Shown: positions 1-9,095, counted from the first letter of the stretch. The stretch: DNA of 13,553 nt from Histomonas meleagridis 2922-C6/04-290x (GCA_020184695.1 JAANOX010000013.1:1-13553), one strand, 5' to 3'. Program-made: numbers and translations. The notes: a model not told the origin generated them from the letters alone.

Positions 1-105
1 TAATCATTTTGGCACTAAATTATAATTTTATTGTTAATAATTTTAGATGTTGGATAGTTCGGTCTGCTATGGGGGTACCTAAAAAAAGATTGGAATGCCT
101 TGAAA

Positions 106-929
106 TCAATAAACTTTAATTTTTTTCGTAATAATGATATTATTATTTATTACTTGATTGTTTATGTGTATCTTAATTCCTTTTGTGAAAATTATTATTA
201 TTTTAGTACATAAAAATCATTCATTTTAAATGTCGATTTTGACATTAATATTGTCGTTAAATTTTATCTATGTGTTAGTTATTTAAGGTTGTCGTTATTA
301 ATTTTTGTTTTAATCCTTAAATTATTTCAAATTTTTCATTTGAAATGATTAGTTGAGAAAAAATTGTAAATTTGATTGAATTCATTGTTACAACAATGTT
401 ATAAAGTAGTTGTATCTTAAATTAATAATTTAAATTAACTTTCTTTTGTCAATTTAGTTCGTTTGTAATCTATTTTTGTGTCACTTTTTGACATTCAAAT
501 AAGACGTTAATAATGTCAGTTTTAAATATACCTCAGAAATAATGTTTTAAAATCAAAAAGAATGTTTTAAAATCAATTTTGTTCAAAATTCTAAGTAAAA
601 AATATTCACTAATGTTGTTGTATTACTCAAAAATATCAAAAAATCGATTTTTATTAAAATTGAAAATTATTCAATTTTGACAAATTTTGAATTTAATGGA
701 AGAAAAAAAACTAGGATTTTGCAAGAATATCATATTTACTTCGAATTTTATTGTTAAAGAAAACTATATTTTGAATAATTTTGTCAAATATAGAAATGTC
801 AGAAAAATATTGGAAATTATGAGTTTTGATACTTTAAAACATTGTTTAATTGACTCTGTAGATTTCATTTTTCAATTTATTAGTAAATTTTGATATTTTT
901 ATTTGGATGGAAATTCGAAGATTTTGAAC
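106..929 (+). repeat. IGS subrepeat family A, copy A1 (~824 nt)
   Basis: TCAATAAAC...TAATAATGATATTATTATTTATT starts at 106 and again at 930. It contains an internal 20-nt-period duplication of AATGTTTTAAAATCAA (541, 561). Confidence 0.85.
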
Positions 930-1550
930 TCAATAAACATTAATTTTTTTCATAATAATGATATTATTATTTATTAATTGCTTGTTTTTGTGTGTATTGA
1001 TTCATTTTGTGGAAATTATTATTATTTTAGTACATAAAAATCATTCATTTTAAATGTCGATTTTGACATTAATATTGTCGTTAAATTTTATCTATGTGTT
1101 AGTTATTTAAGGTTGTCGTTATTAATTTTTGTTTTAATCTTTAAATTATTTCAAATTTTTCATTTGAAATGATTAGTTGAGAAAAAATTGTAAATTTGAT
1201 TGAATTCATTGTTACAACAATGTTATAAAGTAGTTGTATCTTAAATTAATACTTTAAAATAACTTTCTTTTGTCAATTTAGTTCGTTTGTAATCTATTTT
1301 TGTGTCACTTTTTGACATTCAAATAAGACGTTAATAATGTCAGTTTTAAATATACCTCAGAAATAATGTTTTAAAATCAAAAAGAATGTTTTAAAATCAA
1401 TTTTGTTTAAAATTCTAAGTAAAAAATATTCACTAATGTTGTTGTATTACTCAAAAATATCAAAAAATCAAATTTTTATTAAAATTGCAAATTATTCAAT
1501 TTTGACAAATTTTTGATTTAATGCAAGAAAAATAATTAGGATTGAGCAGG
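930..1550 (+). repeat. IGS subrepeat family A, copy A2 (3'-truncated)
   Basis: Near-identical to A1 at an 824-nt offset (TGTCAC at 479 vs 1303) until about 1500-1550, where it diverges into family B sequence. Confidence 0.85.
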
Positions 1551-1605
1551 TATATTTTATTTACATGAAATTTTTGAAATTCTTGAAATAACAAGAATCG
1601 TCGAA

Positions 1606-2210
1606 AAATCAAAAAAATAGGGATGCTTTATTTCGAACCAGTGGCGCTGGATGTTGGATGCAGCAATCCCTTCCATTGAGCTATCGGAGGAGAAAATTCC
1701 CCAAAATTTTTTTAGGTATTTAATATATAAATCAAAAAAATTTGAAAATGAAAAAAAATTCTAAAAATGAATTTATTCGAAAAATTTTGAGTAAAATAAA
1801 ATCTGGAAATTTTTAGTTTTTTTCAAAAATTTCAAAAAATCAAAATTTTTGAAAATCGCAAATTTTTCAATTTTGACAAATTTTTGATTTGAAGCAAGAA
1901 TATTAAACTACAAGATTTAGAGAATTTTTTATTTACTTCGAAATTTTTGATTTAAAGTAATTTTTTGGAAATGTTGAAATTTACAAGAATTTTGAAGTTA
2001 AAAGCAGAAAAACAAGTTTAAATGACTTGTTCATGACTAGAATATTAAAAATTTCATTTTTTTGAAATTAGTCAAAAAATTGAATAATTCAAAATTTCAA
2101 GAAAAATCAAAATTTTAATAGAAGAAAGTTCATTAAAATGATAATAGATGAAATTGTTCTATTAAAGATCTGTTTAATTTCGAAAATATTAAAAAGATTT
2201 CAACAAAAAA
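1606..2210 (+). repeat. IGS subrepeat family B, copy B1 (~605 nt)
   Basis: TTTCGAACC at 1631 and 2236 (offset 605). Downstream blocks such as AAAGCAGAAAAACAAG, GACTAGAAT and GATGAAATT are colinear. Boundaries are approximate. Confidence 0.85.
1618..1690 (-). ncRNA. tRNA-like (Pol III type-2 promoter) element, degenerate; copy 1
   Basis: The minus strand reads CCTCCGA-TAGCTCAATGG-AAGGGATTGCTGCATCCAACATCCAGCGCCACT-GGTTCGAAAT-AAAGCATCCC followed by a T7 run. It has an A-box and B-box at canonical tRNA spacing (T8 to G53 = 45 nt). The acceptor and T stems do not pair, so it is not a functional tRNA. Confidence 0.45.
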
Positions 2211-2818
2211 AATCAAAAAATATGCGGGTGACTTATTTCGAACCGGCGGCGCTGGATGTTGGATGCAGCAATCCCTACCATTGGGCTATCGTAGGAAAAA
2301 TTTCCCCAAATTTTTTTTAGGTATTTAATATATAAATCAAAAAATTTTGAAAATGAAAAAAAAATTATCAAAATGAATTTTTTCGAAAAATTTTTAGTAA
2401 AAAAAAATTTCAATTTTTTTAATATTTTTCAAAAATTCCAAAAAATCAAAATTTTCGAAAATTGCAAAATTTTCAATTTTGACAAATTTTTGATTTGATG
2501 CAAGAATATTAAACTAGAAGTTTTAAAGAAGATTTTATTTACTTAAAATTTTTTGATTTAAAGTAAATTTTTTGGAAATCTTGAAATTTACAAGAATTTT
2601 AAAGTTAAAAGCAGAAAAACAAGTTCAAATGCCTTAATTACGACTAGAATATAAAAAATTTAAATTTTTTGAAATTAGTCAAAAATTTGAATAATTCAAA
2701 ATTTCAAGAAAAATCAAAATTATAATAGAAAAAAGTTCATTAAAATGATGATAGATGAAATTATTCTATTAAATATCTGTTTAATTTCGAAAATATCAAA
2801 AAGATTTCAACAAAAAAA
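2211..2818 (+). repeat. IGS subrepeat family B, copy B2
   Basis: Colinear with B1 through GATTTCAACAAAAAAA (~2818), then unique sequence. Confidence 0.85.
2223..2295 (-). ncRNA. tRNA-like (Pol III type-2 promoter) element, degenerate; copy 2
   Basis: Minus strand has TAGCCCAATGG (2288-2278) and GGTTCGAAAT (2244-2235) at the same spacing as copy 1, with a T6 run just downstream. Confidence 0.45.
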
Positions 2819-3569
2819 TGAAAATTAACTGCAATTAAGTCTAAAAATAACAATTTAAAGAGAGTTATAATTAAAGGATATTGTGTTTTATTATCAAAAA
2901 AATGAAATTTAAAAAAAATATGAAAATTGAAATTTTCAAAAATTTTGAAATTTAATATAATAAATAATAGTAATCAACAACAATAAATGATTGTTATATT
3001 TAATAATGAATAAATTTAGTTTTAAATTAAAATTTTTATAATAATCAAATTTTTTAATTTCAAAATTTTGAAGTATAACAGCAATACTATAAGGTTAAAT
3101 AAAGTGAAGAAGAATTTTAAATAAAAGGAAATTAAAGAATAAAATAACGAGCGACCGTTAAGAGAATTAAAAAATAATTAATAAATAAAAAAGTTTAATA
3201 AATAAAAATTAAAAATAAAAATTGATAGTAAATAAAATGAATAAAATAAGATATAAAATATAAATTTAAACAATATTAAAAGATTTAAATAATTTTTAAA
3301 GTAATTAGATATCGATGAAAAAAATTAGGAAAAGAGAGAAAAAGAAGGAAAAAAGAAGAAATTAGAAGAGAAGTACAATTTAAAGCAATTAATTAAAGAT
3401 GTTATAATATATAAAACATTTAAAAATTTTACGGTTTTTTATGACGAAAAATTGAAATTTTCTCACCAAACTGAAGTAATATAACAAATGAAAGTATTAT
3501 TAAACAATAAGTCAGTAAGCAAAGTAAATAAAACAAGAGAAGAAGGAATAAAAAAATTTTAAGAAATAC

Positions 3570-3598
3570 TGACACTTTTCGTGTAAACCATTCAAAAA
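3570..3598 (+). promoter_or_regulatory. Candidate Pol I promoter-associated element
   Basis: TGACACTTTTCGTGTAAACCATTCAAAAA lies ~420 nt upstream of the 18S and closely matches TGTCACTTTTCGATAAACCATTGAAAAA at 9857. The function is inferred only. Confidence 0.25.
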
Positions 3599-3986
3599 AT
3601 TTTCAATACTTTACAAAAATAAAGTCTCCTAAAAACTTAATTGACAGGTTTATATTTCAAGCAAAAATTAGTGCTCTTGTCTATTAAAATTTTTACCTAT
3701 AAAAATGAAGTCGTTTTGCCCCTTATGAGGATAACAAGTAAAAAAATTCAGGAAAAAAATAAACTTAAAATAATTAAATAAAAATTAAATAGGAGAAACT
3801 CTATATTAATTATTCTTTATTTTTTTTCTATAAAAATAATAAAAGAAGCTTTATAATTTTAAAAGTAATTTAGGTTAATAAAAATAATATTAATTAATAA
3901 AGAATTTATTAAAATTATTTTTATTTATAATCAGTGGTAACAAATTAAAAAAAAAATTTATTAAATTATCAATTTTTGATTATTTA

Positions 3987-5300
3987 TACTTGGTTGATCC
4001 TGCCAAGGAAGCACACTATGGTCATAGATTAAGCCATGCAAGTGTAAGTTCAGGTAACTAAACTGCGAACAGCTCATTAACACACTTATTATCTACTTGG
4101 AAAAGATTTTTTAAAGAAATCATAAATGGATAGCAGAAGTAATTCTTGTGCTAATACATGTTTTTAAAATTTCATTGGAAATTAAATACAATGATAAATT
4201 TTTACCTTTTTATTAAGGAAATCCAATCGAATGAGTGACCTATCAGGCCAGTACTTAGGATCTTTTCCTAATTAAGCTATTACGGGTAACGGGCGGTTAC
4301 CGTCGTACTGCCGGAGAAGGCGCCTGAGAGATAGCGACTATATCCACGGGTAGCAGCAGGCGCGAAACTTACCCACTCGAAATTCTCGGAGGTGGTAATG
4401 ACCAGTTATAATTTTTATTTTTAATAATAAAATTATATAGGAATATAATTTTCCATTATATTGGAACCTAGCAGAGGGCCAGTCTGGTGCCAGCAGCTGC
4501 GGTAATTCCAGCTCTGCAAGTTTGCTCCCATATTGTTGCAGTTAAAACGCTCGTAGTCTGAATTAATATTAAGTAACTTTAAAAGGTTACGTTCACTGTG
4601 AACAAATCAGGACGCTTAAAGTAAGGATAAATATACTTGAATGATTTTGCGCAGTATGAAATTTTTATTTAACTTTCAGTAAAGTTAAATAAGATCAAAG
4701 AGATTCATCGGGGATAGATCTATTTCATGGCGAACGGCGAAATGTTTTGACCCATGAGAGAGAATGGGGGAACTACGACCGCAAGGCTGAAACTTGAAGG
4801 AATTGACGGAAGGGCACACCAGGGGTGGAGCTTGTGGCTTAATTTGAATCAACACGGGGAAACTTACCAGAACCAGATATTTTTAATGACTGATCAGGAT
4901 AAAGTTCTTTCAGGATATAATTTTTGGTGGTGCATGGCCGTTGGTGGTGCGTGGGTTGACCTGTCTAGCGTTGATTCAGATAACGAGCGAGATTATTACC
5001 AATTAAATAATTAATAATATTTTAAATATTAATATAATTTCTAATTGGGACTCCCTGCGTCTAAGCAGGAGGAAGAGGATAGCAATAACAGGTCCGTGAT
5101 GTCCTTTAGATGCTCTGGGCTGCACGCGCGCTACAATGTTAAAAACAATAAGAATAATTTAAAGCTAATTTGAAAAGATCATTTTTTAAATAAAATGAAA
5201 AGCTACTCTTATAATTTTTAACGTAGTTGGGATTGATGATTGTAATCATTATCATGAACCAGGAATCCCTTGTAAAAGTGTGTCAACAACGCACGTTGAA

Positions 5301-5346
<46 letters not shown>

Positions 5347-5469
5347 GATGACTCGGTGAAATCATTGGATTTTAAAAAAAAAAAAAAAGAAGGTGATTAA
5401 ATCACGTTATCTAGAGGAAGGAGAAGTCGTAACAAGGTAACGGTAGGTGAACCTGCCGTTGGATCAGTT
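3987..5469 (+). rRNA. 18S rRNA: 18S (SSU) rRNA, parabasalid type, with an internal deletion at 4764/4765
   Basis: 5' end TACTTGGTTGATCCTGCCAAGG; conserved GTGCCAGCAGCTGCGGTAATTCC, GGAATTGACGGAAGGGCAC and GTACACACCGCCCGTCGC; 3' end AAGTCGTAACAAGGTAACGGTAGGTGAACCTGCCGTTGGATCAGTT. The central h23-h26 segment is absent. Confidence 0.97.
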
Positions 5470-5542
5470 TAGTAAATAAAATTTAAACAATAATTTTAAA
5501 AATAAAAAAATAATATACAAAATTAATTTTCAATCATTAATT
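5470..5542 (+). other. ITS1 (~73 nt, almost all A/T)
   Basis: Lies between the 18S 3' end and the 5.8S start. Very short ITS regions are typical of trichomonads. Confidence 0.8.
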
Positions 5543-5701
5543 AAACCTTAAACAACGGATGTCTTGGCTCTTTACACGAAGAAGAACATTGCATAATGTG
5601 ATAAGCGACTAGATTAGCTCAATTTGTGATAAGTTCGATCTTTGAATGCATATTGCGTATTTATTAATTTATTAATAAATACATATATAATTTAGTAACA
5701 A
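5543..5701 (+). rRNA. 5.8S rRNA: 5.8S rRNA
   Basis: AAACCTTAAACAACGGATGTCTTGGCTC...GAAGAAC...GATCTTTGAATGCATATTGCG...AGTAAC matches trichomonad 5.8S motifs. The ends are approximate. Confidence 0.93.
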
Positions 5702-5757
5702 ATAATAATTAATTAATCATTTTAAATAAAAAATGAGAAACTATTTTAAGCTTTTTT
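5702..5757 (+). other. ITS2 (~56 nt)
   Basis: AT-rich spacer between the 5.8S and the 28S 5' segment preceding ACCCGCTGAAC (5783). Confidence 0.7.
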
Positions 5758-8613
5758 TAATTGTTCTAAATTATATAGGAAAACCCGCTGAACTGAAGCA
5801 TCTCAATAAGCGGAGGAAAATAAACTAACTAGGATACTCTTAGTAAGTGCGACCGAAGAGAGTAAAGCTCGATAATTTAAAATCTTTTTTTTTAGATTAA
5901 TGTAATTTATTAAACTTATTAATTAAAATATTAAACTATTGATTAAATACATGGCTATAAAGAGTTTAAGCCTCGTTACAATTATTTTAATTAAGCATAG
6001 GTTTAAATAAAGGAGTCGGATAGCTTGAGAATGCTATCTTAAAATAGGTAGTACATCCTATCTAAAGCTAAATATTGTAAAGAGACCGATAGTATACAAG
6101 TAGTGTGAACGAAAGATGAAAAGAACTCCTAAACGGAGAGTTAATAGCGCCTGAACTTGTTTAGGGTAAGGTATTTCATTAATACACCCGTCTTGAAACA
6201 CGGATTAGGGAGTTTGACTATAATACGAGTATTTAATTATTAAAATTTAAATGCGAAAAGAAATTAACTGCTCTTTTTTTTTGGAGATGGCTATAGAGTA
6301 TTATTGTCAAAACCCGAATGGAGGTGAACTATGCCTGTACAGATTGAAGTCAGGGGAAACTCTGATGGAAGATCGTCTGCGTTATTGATGTGCAAATCAT
6401 TTGCTTGATATGGGTATAGGTGCGAAAGACTCATCGAACCTCCTAATAGCTGGTTTCCTCCGAATTTTTCCCTAAGGATAGCTGTAATATTTATTAATAG
6501 TTAAGGAGAGTAGAGAAATGGGTAGAGGTGTAGTGGAACTCCGGTTCTGCAACTTATTTCCAAACTTCGAACCTTCTTAAAATGAATAATTTTTCTTAAA
6601 GAAATTAATCATCTTTGAATATATATTACAAGTGGGCTCTTACCGGTAAGCGGTTATGGCGAAAAGGGATGAACCTAACGTATAGATAAAGTGCCTAAAT
6701 TTACTATTAATGAAACCATTAAGAGAGTCCATGTATTTAGACAGCGGGTCGGTGCCCCTAAAAGCAGGTATCCGTTAATGAGTGTGTTAAAACTCCCCCG
6801 CCGAATACTCTGGCCTCGAAAATGAATGGCGCATATAGTAATTACTGATACTATACAAATAATTTTTAATTAATTATTTAGTAGGGGGATGTGAATAACT
6901 TGAAGAATTTTTAAATGTAAATTTAAATTAAAAGTTATTTATTACAAATCCTAATTGAAGTAGCGATTATCCAGGTTAAAATCCTGGGGGCTGATGAGGA
7001 GTAGGGTTTCTGGGCAACTTAAATAGACCCAGAGTTAGTCGAACCTAATTTCAATAAAGAAAGAAAGGGAATATGAATGATATTTCATAACTAAAAATTT
7101 TTTTTAATAAATAGTGGTAACACAAATTTAAAAAATTATCAATATTAATTAAATACTGTAAATAATAGGGATTTCTTTCCTATATAACTTTAATTATTTC
7201 CTAAGAATCAAATCAATTGGAGAATAGTTGAAATAATTTAGTAAAACTTAAAATTCGTTTTAAGTTACGGCTATTTAATTAATCCTTGAAAAGATAATTT
7301 AAACGAAAAAATTTTTACTCGTACCGATAACCGCATCAGGTCTTCAAGGTAAGTAGCTTCTGGCCATTAAGTTATAATAATTTAGGGAATTCGGCCAATT
7401 AGAGCTGTAACTTCGGGATAAAGCTTGGCTCTGATGGAAATCAGAACCGATAGTTACAAGGAGAGCCCAACTGTTTAATAAAAACTTAGTATTATGTAAT
7501 TACTAATAAAAGTATTAAACATAATATGAATCCTGCTCAGTGCTGTGTTTGTTAACTTGGAAAAATTCAATTAAGCGCCGGTAAATAGCTGGGGTAACTA
7601 TGACTCTTATCAAAGTAGCGAAATACCTCGTCACTTAATTAGTGACCTGCATGAACGGAGCTATGAGGTTCTCACTGTCCCAAATTATTACTTAGCGAAC
7701 CAACAGTTGTGGGAACGGGCACAAATTATCCAGCGGGGAAAGAAGACCCTGTAGAGCTTCACTTTGGTCTAATTTTGTATAGTTTCGTTAGGGGTGCAGA
7801 CTAGGTGGGACATTTAATAAATGGATTATGAGAAACCACTACCCTTTCTGGAATTATACTTACTTTTTAATTAAAAGGATAGAATTAGATAGAAAGTTTG
7901 GCTGGGGCGGCACACCTTCGAAAAAGCAGCGAAGGTGTCCTAAGTTAAGCTCAGTAAGGACAGAAATCTTACGTTGAGGATAAGGCCAAAAGCTTAATTT
8001 ACTGTGTCTTTTTTTGTACTAGAATCAGTTATGAAAGTAAGGCCTAACGATCCCTAATTAGTCTTAGGTATGTAAGACTTGGGGTGACAGACAAGTTACC
8101 TCCGGGACAACTGGCTTGTGGCTGCTAAGAGATCAAATCAACGCAGCTTTTTGATTCTTCGATGTCGGCTCTTCCTATCCTAGTGATGTATAAGTCACTA
8201 AGGGTTGGATTGTTCACCCGTATTAGGGATCGTGAGCTGGGTTTAGACCGTCGTGAGCCAGGTTTGTTTTTATCCTACTGGATATTTATATTAAGTATCA
8301 TGTTAGTAGTTTGATTTAGTACGAGAGGAACTGTTGATTATGGTCTCTGGTTAAGGAATTTTAGGAAACTAAATGTTCCAAAGCTACGCCATCTGAGATA
8401 ATGGCTGAAGGCCTCTTAAGCCAGAAACTCTTCTAAAAATTGATACTTTAAAACTATTTTAAAATTATGAGATAAAATTAATATATTTTTAAATAAAAAT
8501 CTCTTTAGTTTTAATGACCAAATGTAGAAGACATTTTGTCAACTAGGGTCCTGTAAGTGTAAGAGTGGCATTTAGTCACGATTCACTGAGGGTCAGCCTA
8601 AGTTGTATGGTTA
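5758..8613 (+). rRNA. 28S rRNA: 28S (LSU) rRNA, compact (~2.85 kb), no introns seen
   Basis: ACCCGCTGAACTGAAGCATCTCAATAAGCGGAGG (5783), ACCCGTCTTGAAACACGGA (6186), peptidyl-transferase motif TTCGATGTCGGCTCTTCC, sarcin-ricin loop AGTACGAGAGGAAC (8318-8331), and a 3' motif CACGATTCACTGAG. The ends are approximate. Confidence 0.97.
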
Positions 8614-8664
8614 TTATAATGTAATTTAAAAAAAAATTTTTTTCAATTTTTTTTACTTATTTTT

Positions 8665-8675
8665 GTCCGACCAAA
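8665..8675 (+). terminator. Candidate Pol I termination motif (first of four YCGACY-type motifs)
   Basis: GTCCGACCAAA lies ~50 nt past the 28S 3' end, after a T-rich tract. Relatives occur at 9096, 9821 and 10069. The function is inferred from position only. Confidence 0.25.
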
Positions 8676-9095
8676 TAAAAATTCAAAATATTTTGTATAC
8701 TTTATTATTATAATGAATTATTCTTAATATTATTTTTTCATCAATTTTGACAGAATTCAATTGTTATTTGGTCTGAAATACAAAATAAACTATTTAAAAA
8801 GTCTAATTTTTTACATTATTGGGGTGCTGCACAGCAAAAATCATCAAAATTTTCAAAATTTTTTAAATTGCATTTTTAAACTTACTAACTAATGACATTC
8901 ATGCTTTCTTATGATCATTTTACTTAATTTTCATTTTTTTTTGAAATATTCTAATTATTAATAATTAATTCTAATTTTTAAAATTAATCATAAATTCATC
9001 TTGAATTCATGATTTTAAGTATTTTTTATTAAGATAATTTTTGATGAAAATCAATTTAAAATATTCTTTATAAAAAAAATATTTTATGTTTTTTC
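8665..9095 (+). repeat. IGS subrepeat family C, copy C1
   Basis: TCATCAATTTTGACAGAATTC...GGGGTGCTGCACAGCAAAAATCATC; GGGGTGCTGC at 8821 vs 9276 (offset 455). Confidence 0.8.

Noticed and set aside
687-893. 68-aa ORF in subrepeat A1
   Set aside because: It is a low-complexity I/K/N/F product of AT-rich repeat DNA starting at TTG, with no recognisable domain.
1620-1702. 5S rRNA gene or functional tRNA in the spacer
   Set aside because: It has no 5S motifs and is too short. As a tRNA it lacks pairing acceptor and T stems and a clean anticodon loop, so no isotype is assigned.
2138-2413. Overlapping 60-aa (+) and 66-aa (-) ORFs across the B2 GC island
   Set aside because: They are open only because the GC island lacks stops. 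They are short, compositionally biased, and not called in the B1 copy.
3933-3946. AGTGGTAACA shared between the 5' ETS (3933) and the 28S (7113)
   Set aside because: It is a single 10-mer match with no supporting structure or orientation logic, so it is plausibly chance.
4754-5014. 86-aa ORF (MRENGGTTTARLK...)
   Set aside because: It lies wholly inside the 18S and its opening codons span the deletion junction. It is a typical rRNA shadow ORF.
3987-8613. Group I introns or R-element insertions in the rRNA genes
   Set aside because: Conserved motifs run colinearly with no extra sequence. The genes are shorter, not longer, than expected.
3987-8613. Organellar or bacterial origin suggested by the AT richness
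   Set aside because: A separate 5.8S, ITS1/ITS2 and eukaryote/trichomonad-specific motifs show this is nuclear-type rDNA.
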